A stretch of DNA of 46,704 bases. It comes from Dimargaris cristalligena (lineage: Eukaryota). Numbering within the stretch: the stretch's first letter is position 1; each line of letters starts with the position of its first letter. A model generated the notes under the pieces. It did no database searches. It was not told the origin of the DNA and was given only the letters and a program-made list of their open reading frames with translations. The stretch is taken from contig ML002292.1 of assembly GCA_003614675.1 (NCBI GenBank), forward strand, positions 1 through 46,704. Direction: 5' to 3'. Made by a program: the position numbers and the translations under genes. Below, piece after piece: positions 1-11,136 of the stretch.

Positions 1-695
1 AAAAAGATACTCAAAATAATCATTGGCTAGGGCTAAAGTTATACCCATTGGTATAACCAAAACAAAGATATAAAAGGTATAAATAAACTTATAATAGGTT
101 AAAGGAATAGCTGATACTTGTTTATAGAGTACAGCAAGGGTATAACTGTAGTACTCGGAAAAATAGTCTAATTAGAAATAAATGTATAATTATTGTATAA
201 CCATAACAACTTATAAAGGAGGAAAACTTAGGCTAGCAGTACCAATTCTTTGACTAATCACCTAAATATGGATGGTGGTTTTCAATTAAAAGAGTAAAAA
301 TAAATAGGACAATGTCAAATACTACTATAGCCATTTAGCTATATCACAACAAAAGTCTTGTTCCAAGGTAAAATGTAATCTAATTTTTAATTAGTAACGT
401 CCCATTTAGCACTTATTTAGGCAGACTACTTTCATTTCCATTGATTTACAACCGGTTAATGTGCACTTAATCAACAGTGACTATGAATATTATTGCATTT
501 CCAAATTTTATCATACTCCTTCTATCCATCCCTTTAGTTTATTGCTCGCAAGCATAGCTTTCCTTAAGGCCAACTATAGTGACCAATCGCTGATTGTGTG
601 GCATTTTCTCGGTATAATGATTTCAAAATGGGCACTGATTTCGTGTCTAAACTCTCAATCAAAATAAAAGTCAAGGAATTTGCACGGCATTGATG

Positions 696-725
696 GTAAT
701 GTCTATACGCATATATAGACATTAC
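696..725. repeat. Perfect 12-bp inverted repeat (hairpin)
   Basis: GTAATGTCTATA (696-707), loop CGCATA, TATAGACATTAC (714-725). Confidence 0.9.
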
Positions 726-1244
726 TTTGCTGTATTCAATGATAGAACGATTACTTAACATTATTGAGCTTCTTTGTATATCCTTCGGGTGAAATACTGC
801 TCCTTTAACCCCAATACTAACGAAGTCATTTGTAAATTTACATTTTAATAAGTTAAACTACTTGGTACTTCGATTTTTTAAATTACTTTTCTGCCCCTTT
901 CTCGCCAGCCCTAGCCATACTTTATCAAAGGTCTCACATAGTCGTCGGTATTTTTGTGATAGACCTTGTGAGCCTCGGCTATATCATCAGCACTACCACA
1001 TATTTTATATCTAAGAAAACGTGTGGCTTCTGTGCGTGTACTGAGTTCCAATATATTTACAATAGTTGACTGATTACTACTTGGACCAATTCACTGCCGC
1101 CTACTCCAAAACCAGCGGTGTATGCTCATAGGACGAGGCAGGATACACCTATTTATCACTTATCAAAACAGTGCGTAGTTTATTTACGTTCGATCACAGC
1201 CATTAATTAACACATGGGCCGAATTTTCTGAGGCAACCCTGACT

Positions 1245-2284
1245 TTATTCGTCATCCATATTGAATTCGATTTTGGAATCATCGACATTTTCGAGAAGGA
1301 AACTGACAACGGCCTCGTGGCCCGACTGTTGGGCCTCAGTTATGGCGGTCTTTCCGGCGGCATTTTTAATCTAAGATGGGTTTTATCAAAAGGCCAAGTG
1401 ATAATGTGGGCGTGAGTGGATGGGTGTGAGGGTGGGGAGAGGGTTGAGTGCCGTAATAGAGAAATGAGGCTATGCATGGTTGCGGTTGGGCCTCACAGGC
1501 CCAAGCCATCTCTAAAGTCGATGGTAACAATATACCATGTTTTCGGATATATGGTCCAAGGCAGTAAGCATAACATATTACCAAGTAGGTGGACTTACCA
1601 TGGGGTCCGCCTGGTGTTGGAGGAGTAACCGGACTGACTCGACCTTACCGGACATAGCAGCCCAGTGTAGGGCCGTATTACCTTCGGAGTTGGCCTGATT
1701 AACGCCGTCGGTGGGTAAGCGTTCCAAAAGGAACTTCAAAATATCTGCCCGGATGAAAAGAGGCCGATAATCCATGATTGCAAGATTCAACCAATGTTAA
1801 TAGGGGTTAGGTAGTTTAGCTAGTGAATGCGTTGGACAGCCCTCCTCCCCCTTAGAGTAGTGACAATAACACCCCCCCCCTTCTAATTAATTAGTCGGGC
1901 GTATATACCCTGTGTATTGATTAGGTTCGGGTTTCCAGTATAGGTTGGGAGTCAGGACATGTGGACAAAGTCCAGTCGGTTCAATTCAAGAAGGGTACTC
2001 CCCTCCAATCGACACTGAGGCCCTGGGCAGCTGCAACTGGCTATTTGAGCCATATATGACTTACCAATGTGTCCGTTAGCCGAGGCCATGTGTAGCGCCG
2101 TCGCCCCATGACTGTTGACGGCGGTCAGAACGTGGGCCAGATCAGTGAATTCCGGGTTCCGGTCCAACACGATCTGGGTAGCCTCCTGGTAGCTCTCAAG
2201 GTCACCCTGCCGAGCATAGAGGATTAGCTCGTTGAGGTTGTCTTGGGGCGTTTCGCTAGGAATGTCGGGGGCGGGACCGGGCAT
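1245..2284 (-). CDS. YAR1: Ankyrin-repeat protein, Yar1-like (Rps3 chaperone), 3 exons, ~163 aa
   Basis: Exons 2284-2065, 1744-1599, 1370-1245, joined in frame through GTAAGT donors and CAG/TAG acceptors. Motifs ILYARQGDLE, TALHMASANGH, NSEGNTALHWAAMSGK, ADPMIKN..G.TAITEAQQSGHEAVV and an acidic tail resemble yeast Yar1. Confidence 0.85.
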
Positions 2285-3111
2285 GGCAAGCGTGGAATTC
2301 AAATAACCGGGAAGTATGAAAATAAAGTAGCCAATGGCTTTTAGAAAAACAAAACAGTTAGAATAGCGGACCAAGAACCGGATACGGGTCAATTCTTCTA
2401 ATCGAAAAAATCGTTGGGTTTGGAATGCAAGTTAGGAAAGCTGTGTACCGCAAATAGGAATGTTCCTCTTCCCACACTCGGAAATTAGGCCCAGCCCCAG
2501 TGGAAAACAATGGCTTGAACCCACCTACTGTATGGCAACAAGTGACAGTAAAATTACATGGGCCGGTCCTGCCTCTCACTACACAGAATTACACCGCAGT
2601 TCGATGCCTAATTGATCGATCGTTCACTCCTAAAAAATGCCAGCAATCCCGATAGACATTTCTTAGCACGATGCTACACTATTCCGTTCCATACGACTTG
2701 ATAAAGAGGGCGCTTTTATTCTGAACAATGCCTAGTTGGACGACATTCAACGAGCACAAAGTACAGCTTAAACTACACACCAAAAGCGGGTTAGAGGCAA
2801 CGCAATGCAAAGAAAAAATATTAACACAACTAAAGAAAAAAATACTACTTCGGTGAATGTACGACGTACGGAGAAACGAGAGAAATCAGGCGGGTGAGAA
2901 GTGGACTGCTGTCTTCTTCCCCACAAGCACTTAAAAATTGAACTGGAGCAATGAGTCAAGCGAATAACGGGTGAAAAAAAAAGACATATCCAAATGGTCG
3001 GTGGAACTACGGAAAGCCACCTAACACTCTAGGGAAATGGAAGGGAACGAAGGTCGGTCAAGTCAGTCCATGGGAGTGAGGGACCCCCCCTTAGTCCCGA
3101 CGATGGGAGGT

Positions 3112-3915
3112 TTAATAGTAAGGGCTGTTGTAGCCGACCATGGGGAGCATGCGGGAGTGGTCATTGTACAGGTAGTTGGACTGCATGGCAGCTTGCTGGG
3201 CGATCATCTGGGGATCGAGGTTGTAGCCCGTACCGTACATCTGCTGGAGACGGATGGATTCGGCCATAGCGGCACCCTGGATCAACTCGCGTGAGCCAGC
3301 GTGGCCGAGTTCGAAGCCGTAGGAGCGACGACGGTGTTCGTACAGACGCATGGCTTCGAAGGCGGCGGCGGCGGCCACGGCTTCGGCGGTCAAGTTATGC
3401 ATACGGCTGTGGGGGGCAACGGTGGAGCCGTAGAACTGGGTGTGGTGGCCACGGAAGTGCATGGGCGACATCAAGGCATTGCCGGGGTAGGCACCGCTGA
3501 TCATGGACTGGTTACCGACACGGCTGTAGGCGTTGTTGAAGAAGTTGTAGTCGTAGTTGCCGTAACTGTTACCCAACAAGCGGCTGGCGTAGTGAGCGGG
3601 GTTCCAGCTGCGGTTGTGGTAGTCATTCGAGGGGAACATGACACCGTTGTTGTAGTATTCGTTACCGTAACCGGGATAGCTGAGGCCACGGCTGACGGGA
3701 GCCACGCTGCCGGCGTAGTTGTTGTACATACCGCCCTGGCCGTACATGGAGGAGTTGGGGTAGTAGCTCATGGCGTTGGAGGGGTAGTTCTGCTGGGCGT
3801 TGACGGGGTAGTTTTGTTGGTTGTTGATAGGGTAGTTTAGCTGGCTGCTGGGATAGCTGCGGGAGCGGTAAGGGTCGTTGTTCATGTTATCACCATACAT
3901 GTTGGAGGGATCCAT
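3112..3915 (-). CDS. CipC/DUF3759-like protein with long N/Y/G/S-rich low-complexity N-terminus, ~267 aa
   Basis: First ATG at 3915 (MDPSNMYG), with strong C-ending codon bias. C-terminal HNLTAEAVAAAAAFEAMRLYEHRRRSYGFELGHAGSRELIQGAAMAE resembles the CipC/DUF3759 pattern HEL.AGAA.FEA.K.YE.H....G....H..AKEL.AG.A (recalled, not searched). Confidence 0.7.
   Translation of the reverse strand: MDPSNMYGDNMNNDPYRSRSYPSSQLNYPINNQQNYPVNAQQNYPSNAMSYYPNSSMYGQGGMYNNYAGSVAPVSRGLSYPGYGNEYYNNGVMFPSNDYHNRSWNPAHYASRLLGNSYGNYDYNFFNNAYSRVGNQSMISGAYPGNALMSPMHFRGHHTQFYGSTVAPHSRMHNLTAEAVAAAAAFEAMRLYEHRRRSYGFELGHAGSRELIQGAAMAESIRLQQMYGTGYNLDPQMIAQQAAMQSNYLYNDHSRMLPMVGYNSPYY
3748..3843 (-). repeat. Four degenerate 24-nt (8-aa) tandem repeats inside the CipC-like CDS
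   Basis: QLNYPINN / QQNYPVNA / QQNYPSNA / MSYYPNSS. Confidence 0.8.
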
Positions 3916-4994
3916 TATAGCAGGAGTATAAAAATTAGGGAGGGGGTGCGAGACGCGTGCAATTAGGCAAAATGAAGGGGATATAATAATACGAAATATC
4001 AAGCAAAGGGTTAGCACAGGTGCGAAATATCGGAGGAAGAAACAGGGGGGCTAATAGGAAATCCAGGTGAAGGAAGATTGTAATGAAAAGGGCCAAGGCA
4101 GGGGACCGTGACTTTATAGTTTATTTCCAACCGGTCGGAAGTTCCAACTGCAAAACACGGACGAGTCCTGGTTCTACCCTGTCGGATATGGAGGCCGTAA
4201 TGCCCACAGCCGGTGGGAGTGTACGAGATGACCCGTCTGAATAGTAGATTACCATCCGACCAGAACCACCACACCCACTACGGTCGATAGAGATGACAGC
4301 TCAGTCCCACGCACACAATAGAGGTCTCGACTGCAATAGATGCACCGTAACGGCACGAATAACATCACAAGCGGGGCCGTGTCCCCTTCCCCCATGTCCA
4401 CACACCCATTCACTATCCGCCACCTAGCCCCCCCCCCCAAACACACCGGCCACTAACAACCAAGTGTGTTAATAAGGATGACCCGCCAAACAATCTCCCG
4501 GTACCACACACCCACACCCCTTACCCCAGCGCTAAATGGGAATAGGAAGGGGCGATGAGGGACCACCCGTCTAACAACAACCCTGGAAGTAGTGGGTAGC
4601 GGAGGACGCGTTAAGGAGGTGAGGCAGGGAAAGAAGGGGGGCCAGGACAATAGGTTGGATGATGAAGGTGAGAACCCTCCTCGATACACTCCCATAACGC
4701 GGTCACGGTACAGGGGAGGAGGTATTACAACGTATAATATGTTCTCGCCCACCACCCTAGTACTACAGAATGTCGTACAGGTAAACAGTGAGGAAGAGGG
4801 GCCCCGTCCGGAAGCAGAAGAGTCGACACACAAGAGGGGAATACCGTGCCCGACTGCAGGGTCCCCCCTCCTCCTAGTGACAGGGTAAGCCAACTCGGAG
4901 AGCCCCGTGTGCACCATTGCTCCTATAACATCTCGAATAAGCCCAGTAGAGAAAAATTGACTGGGGTGTATGGAAGGTGACGCGTAGGACTTAC

Positions 4995-5098
4995 CGAGGA
5001 GCGAGCGAAGAAGGGGTATAGGAAGAGCAGTAGAGGAGAACGAAGGAGAAGAAGATGGAGAAGCAGCTCTCTTGCCGGAGGCTGCGGGGTATTTAAAG
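4995..5098 (-). promoter_or_regulatory. Probable TATA-like element and non-coding first exon of the CipC-like gene
   Basis: Minus strand reads TTTAAATA (~5090-5097), a CT-rich ATG-free stretch, then donor CG|GTAAGT at 4994. Candidate acceptor TAG at 4053-4051. Confidence 0.4.
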
Positions 5099-7297
5099 GC
5101 GCAGGCCAACCATGGGGTTCGTTTAGGAGGGTCTATGAGCGAGCGGGGTGGGGGGCCCGCACCCGATAATACCAGCGTGATTGTAGGTCCCCAAGGTCAA
5201 CCGACATGGTAATGTGTAAGGATGGGAGGGTCCTTGCCTTGCTGTAGAGCCCCGCGAAGATAATGGTGGCGGAGGATCAATGGCTGTGAAATGATTGGGA
5301 GGCGCGGTAGTAAGAGACGCGTACTGCATTCGCTTTTCCCTTCTCTCTCTCCCTCTCTGGTTTTAGTTACTTTGTTCTTTTAGAGCTGACTATGAGCCAA
5401 GATGCGAGTATAGTATCATTGAGGCGATGGGCCCCGGTCGGGCCTAGCAGTTGGTCCAGCCCCACTGTACAAGGATTGTCCGCCGTGCAGATTCCAAGCC
5501 CTGGTTCGCACTCCGCCGCAGTGTATTACTCCGAAACCCCAAGACCAATGGAGAGAAGGGGGGGAGAAGTTTGATAACAATAGGCCACCGAGGAACATCC
5601 GTCACCTCGACATTGTCCCTCGCAGGCATAATATGCTCGAACGACCGGTCGAGGTCGTGTCAAGGGAATTTAACCATAATAATAGCTAAGCAATGCCAGC
5701 CCGTCTGAGTTGGGTGCTTGAGACTACTGCTGTTTCAGTCCCTGTTTGGTTCCCACCTCGGGGGGGTTTCCTTGACGTTGATCGCTGTTTCTCGGGAACA
5801 ATTGTGTAGTTTTACACCGACCCCCAACATCTCCGCCCTTCGGTCCAAACGGCTTTTACCACTTACCCGTAGTTTTATGCATATCTAGCCAGGTCATCCC
5901 TGGTGATTTAGGCCCACTGGCATGTTCAATGGCCCACGATTATCCCCACAACTGGATGAAGCACACCTCATTCCACATTTCACACTCCACCCCTGTCCAG
6001 GCAGGGCAGACTGCACCCCGCGCAACAGTGGGATGCCGTAAAGCCATGACCATCCCTTGGGCCGGGTTAGATGACTGGAGGAGGGTGGGGTGTCAACAAC
6101 CTACAGCTATTCTATTTCTTTACCACTATGAGACTGTGTGGGGTCGACACGTTGTTCACCTATCATTTACTGTGAATTCCCAGGCATCGGTGGTTCACTT
6201 ACCCAATTGGAATGAAATCAAAACACAGGGCAGGGTCATCCCAAGGCAAGTTCGGAAATCTTGGTAAGCTGGGCGTATACCCGCCTGGTTAAAGGGTGCG
6301 AAAGTACGAAAACCTCTCGCGTAGCTCTTTATGGCACCCCCACGCGAACCCGCGCCCGAACCCTTACCCTCGTCACGTCGTAACATAAGGCGCCTTACCT
6401 ACTCCATCCCATGTGCAGCACTACGGCTATTACTTATTCCCCCTTTTGTTAAAATATGACGGCCCTCTCGATTCTGAGAATACATAAATACACGTTGCTA
6501 CCGGTAGTTTTATTTCAATGCCGACCATGAATAAATATGTGCTCCACCCCATCCTCATACATGTGATTCATACACTAAAAGTATGCTGGGAAAACCGAGG
6601 ATTCATGGTCCATAAGGTGGAAATGAAAGGACTGGATGACAGCGGACCCGCAAAGTAGGTTCACGGCACCGCCATGCCCTACGCAGTGTGGTTAGGCAGG
6701 TTCCAGCTTAAATTGTTTTTATATACGCATTTTGGAAAATAGCGTCGACGATAGACCTACCACAATTTTTGTCGCAACCCTGTCGCTAATTATATTGTTT
6801 ACCCTCAGTGTGATTCTCCACCAGCTGATGTCACCCTTGGCCAAGGGGGTTATATATTCACACCCTTGTTTATCCCATCCCTTCACTTATGGGTGTTGCA
6901 GATATAAGTCGCATTGGGGGGGTTGTCGTTAATTCTGGCGAGTTGGGGCCCTCCATCAAAAAATATATCAGGCCCAAGCCTAGCCCAATATTGTTTAAAG
7001 TTGAATATGTAATGGAAAAGGGTCGGGTCGTTGGTGATGTACATGAAAGGGGGGGAGAGGCTCAGGTTCGGGCATAAACCAGCAGCAGACCGAGGCGGAG
7101 GCGGAAGTTGGAAAAGGGAGGGAGGAGGTGAAGGCATTGGAAAATCGTATCAATAGCGGCAAATCCGAACACTCATTTAAGGGTGATTGTTAGTGTAGGC
7201 GCGATAAGTCTGAGCGCATTTGGTCCCACCTCAACTCTTTGGTTCTAAGTTCAATATATATAAACAGTAGGCGATGCTGTGCATGGGATGGTCGAGT

Positions 7298-7322
7298 AGA
7301 GAAGAGAAGAGAAGAGAAGAGA
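7298..7322. repeat. (AGAGA)5 microsatellite
   Basis: Direct reading. Confidence 0.9.
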
Positions 7323-7983
7323 GTAGCGATTATGGTATCCCATCCTTTTCCGCCCCTTTGTCTGACCGCTAACGGATATTCTATTAATATCTAGTAGGGC
7401 GAGCCTTTATCCCTCCTTCTCCCCGTACACAGCACTCATAGAATGGCTTTCATTGTGCTAAAGGTATAACTGTGAATCCAGAAATCACATTGGGCTTTCC
7501 AGCTGCTTATGCCATTGCAGCCCATCCGGCTGGAGTGTGTTCCGTTATGAGCGATAGTGGGTGGACACCTCCGCATGGTTCTCGATAATATACGTGTCGT
7601 AGTTTGTGTCACTGGCGTAGGTGGGTGTCAGCCGGCTATTCATTACAACCTGTGCAACTTGTCATTGGACTAGCTATCTATGCAGCCCTCTGTGTCATTA
7701 CATAGCTCTATCAACCAAGCCAAGGAAGTCACTAGTCAAATAGAAGCCCCCGGGACTATAACCCCAAGCTGAAAGGGGGCACCAGCAACTACCGTTGGGT
7801 TTGGACTGTCCAGAGGGGTTGATCGGCTTCAAGGGAACATAGGACATATAATATAATACTCAATCTAAAGGATATCCTTCGGTATCCGCCATGTAGAACT
7901 TGCGGTGGAACCTTCATTAGGATCAGTTATTAGTATATCCGCAGCTAATACAATTCCACAAACCGGTTTATTACTTAGGTGGC

Positions 7984-7990
<7 letters not shown>

Positions 7991-8018
<28 letters not shown>
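7991..8018. repeat. (AT)14 microsatellite downstream of the NAG1 stop
   Basis: Direct reading. Confidence 0.95.
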
Positions 8019-8021
<3 letters not shown>

Positions 8022-8276
8022 AAGAAAAAGACGCAGCGAAAGGGAAATGGTAATAATAAAGTTAGTCGATTGGTATTTGGTACATGGGTATAGGGGAAAC
8101 AATTTGAATGATAAGCTGCCGGAAAGGGGGAATTGTGCTGATATTGGGAATACTGAAGGTTCGGCGGGTATTTTGTAATGATCACCGCCTAGTCCTAAAA
8201 GACAAAAAAGATACGAGCAGGGGTGGCCCCAATTGGACCACAAAAGGGGGGGAGGTGGGCATCGCCCGCCATCCCG

Positions 8277-9170
8277 TTATTTTATGGGCGAAAGCTCGCC
8301 TGAAACCAACTTAGTTTTATCAAGCCCCTTCATTGAAGTAATGGATCCCCCCAAGCTCATACGATCCTTGCCGATCAATTGCTCATGGACCATCTCGATA
8401 CTCTTGAAGTACTTGACGGTCTTGACGTGTAATTCGAGGGTGGCATCCTCGTCGCACACGATCATGGAGAGGGGGTGGTTCTGGATGGCCGAGACGGTCC
8501 ACATATGGTTGACGCCTTCTTCGATGCACTTGGCCAGCGCCAGGGCCTTGTGGGCCCCGGTGATGATGATTACCACTTCGCGGGCGTCCATGACCGTTCC
8601 CACCCCGACGGTAAGGGCCAGTTTGGGCACTTTATTGATGTCGTTTTCGAAGAAGCGCGAATTCGCCAGAATGGTATCGTACGCCAGTGTCTTGGCCCGG
8701 GTGCGCGAGCTCAGCGAGGATCCGGGTTCGTTGAAGGCAATATGGCCGTCGGGTCCGATCCCGCCCAGGAACAGTTCAATCCCACCCACGGCCTGGATCT
8801 TGGCTTCGTACTTCTGGCACTCCAATTCCAAGTTGTCCGCATTACCGTCCAGGATATTCACTTGGGCGGGTGGAATGTCAATATGTTGGAACAGGTTGGT
8901 CCACATGAAGGAGTGGTAACTCTCGGGGTGGTCGCGCGGCAGACCCACGTATTCGTCCATGTTGAAGGTCACCACGTTGCGGAAGGTGATTTCGCCAGCC
9001 TGGAACTTGGCCACCAAATTGCGGTAGACGCCCAGGGGGGAGGAGCCGGTGGGGAGGCCGAGAACGAAGGGACACGCAGGGGTGGGGTCGAAGGCGCGGA
9101 TGCGGGCCACCAGGTAGTCGGCGACGTGGGCAGCCACCTGGTCGGCGTTGTCTCTAATAGTAAGGCGCAT
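8277..9170 (-). CDS. NAG1: Glucosamine-6-phosphate deaminase (NagB/GNPDA), intronless, 297 aa
   Basis: MRLTIRD start at 9170; motifs [75 protein letters not shown]. Confidence 0.97.
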   Translation of the reverse strand: MRLTIRDNADQVAAHVADYLVARIRAFDPTPACPFVLGLPTGSSPLGVYRNLVAKFQAGEITFRNVVTFNMDEYVGLPRDHPESYHSFMWTNLFQHIDIPPAQVNILDGNADNLELECQKYEAKIQAVGGIELFLGGIGPDGHIAFNEPGSSLSSRTRAKTLAYDTILANSRFFENDINKVPKLALTVGVGTVMDAREVVIIITGAHKALALAKCIEEGVNHMWTVSAIQNHPLSMIVCDEDATLELHVKTVKYFKSIEMVHEQLIGKDRMSLGGSITSMKGLDKTKLVSGELSPIK

Positions 9171-11136
9171 GGTATGTATGTGTGTGTGTGTGTGTGTGTG
9201 TGTGGGAGTTTTGGGATGATTCAGGCCTATTCTATGAATAATATATCTGGATAATAGGCGTGTATTAAAGAAGATTGGGAGGAGTAACCAAGGAGGAGGA
9301 GCAGTCACCGAGCGTGTGGAGTAAAGTACCAGGCTACTGGGTCTTTAATGAAGGTGAAAGTGGATGAGTAGGGTCCAGACCCGGTCTTATATGAGACGCC
9401 AGCTTTAAAGTGAGGCAATGAATGGGTGGGTGAGTCAGTCTGTACACTGAGAGATTCGAAGAAGCTGAAAAATCGGGATGGAGGGGGTCTCACTTGACCA
9501 TAGCCGGGAGCTGTCGCCCTGTCGTTCCATCCACCCCCCCCCTTGCGTGGTAATCTATTAGATATGCGCAGCCTTGCAGGACTCTAGCCATTATCACGGC
9601 ATTTGCCTTTGAAGAGAATTAAACTATGAGCCGCAATACTCACCCTGGGATGGCTGATAAGGCGAAGCCAAGTCGTGGCCTTCAGTGTTCCTTTCCACTT
9701 TAATAGACTGGTGGGATATGCCCCGGGTCCTCTCCGTTGATTGTGCGGGTGGGCTGTAGGTAAGACAAGGGTAATGGGGGACGGGGCGAGTCATCCGACC
9801 GGCAGGAGCCTCGAGATCCATCGTACCACCCTTCCACTTAGACAGTGCGTAAGCTGGTCGCTGGGATTCAATCAGCAGCGAAGACTCCGCCAAGGTATCG
9901 GCTAGCTGTACGCAGCAAGTGTTTGTCCGTTCGACTTGCTAACCATACTCACGCTCATTCAACCGATACCCCAGCAAATGCAGGCTCTGCGTAATGGCTC
10001 GCATAAAAGATTACGTACAATATGCAACGACGACGAGCCCGGGTCGAAAAAATTGGTCAAGTGTACGTTACACCCCACCTGCTGCGATTGATTCGCTGAG
10101 GAATGGGCTGAGCTAATCTATCGGGCCTAACCTGTGCGAGGTCACTTCGTTCTGATTCATCTATGCAGGCGGCGAAGCCCCCCTTACTCTCTATATTTCG
10201 CTTGTACCACATGTCAGCTTGCTTCCACTGCCCAACTTCCGTTAGCTAAGCCTCGATTTGATTACTCAGATGCAACTATGGTTTTCTAATCTTCTACGAC
10301 CCCCTGTGCATGCGGTATGAGAATTGTACCAAGGCAAAGCCTGGGGGATACTTACGGGGTGTTCGTCGAAATGGAACTCAGTAAATATATAGTCCAAAGG
10401 GGTTTGTCTACGGAAAGGGCCCTCCACTTAATGCGACATTGGTTCGTAGCATTACTAGATCTATAACTTTACCCCATCTCTTTTGGCCTTGCTCGCTCCT
10501 ATCTGTCGCCTGAAACCCGAGTAACTGACGCACGGCATCATTCACACAAGGACGGTCCTGTACGTAATATAAATAGTCAAAACCACCGGTTTAGCCTGGG
10601 GGTGATGCCAGATTCTGACCAACATATCTAGCCCTTCTGATACTTCCCATTCATCCACAGTGGCCTTCGTCTAAATTTTAGACTCATCCCTCCAAGACCA
10701 TTTGCCCCGCTGGTGTAGTTGGCTGGGGTTTAACACCTACCAATCCCCCCCTCCTACTAGCTCTTCCTCCCAGGCCAGCTGCTGTAATTCGGTTTCAGCG
10801 CTGCAAAACCAACTGCTTCTCCAGTCTCTACAGTAAGGCCAGTTATATAATCGTGTCACAGGCTACCACCGCTTTGGTTAACCACTGAATTTATAAAACC
10901 ACCCCAGCTCACCAACCCCGTGGTTTCACATATGGTTCTACTTTTCGTATGCACAAACTCACGCTTCCTTTTTGTATTCCGTTATTTTAGGTGTACCTAG
11001 TCAAACGTCAACTATATTTCTCGCTACCCCCATTTTCCCAACTCTACGGCCCCTACTTCGCCGTAAGCTCGCTTGTATTACCATTCGAAACCAACCACTC
11101 TATATACTCCTAGATCGCTACCAACCTGTACCCGTA
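9171..11136. promoter_or_regulatory. Shared divergent promoter region of NAG1 and DAC1
   Basis: Head-to-head genes of consecutive pathway steps about 1.97 kb apart; TATA-like TTATAAAA at 10891. Confidence 0.6.
9179..9204. repeat. (TG)13 / (CA)13 microsatellite 8 nt upstream of the NAG1 ATG
   Basis: Minus strand reads (CA)13-TACATACC-ATG. Confidence 0.95.

Noticed and set aside
3301-3840. 179-aa Val/Gly-rich + strand ORF
   Set aside because: Antisense reading of the TAC/AAC-rich CipC-like CDS.
4453-5109. 218-aa minus-strand ORF
   Set aside because: Non-ATG start, runs across a TATA-like element, CT-rich leader and splice donor; no protein-like motifs.
8233-9254. Long + strand ORFs (228 aa, 259 aa) overlapping NAG1
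   Set aside because: Antisense shadows of a codon-biased, highly conserved gene; no independent motifs.
10010-10568. Inverted 10-mer TGTACGTAAT (10010-10019 and 10559-10568) and a CACAAA at 10952 in the NAG1-DAC1 spacer as candidate regulator sites
   Set aside because: A few 10-mer matches are expected by chance in 2 kb, and the CACAAA lacks the full Ndt80 consensus. Not supportable without cross-species conservation.
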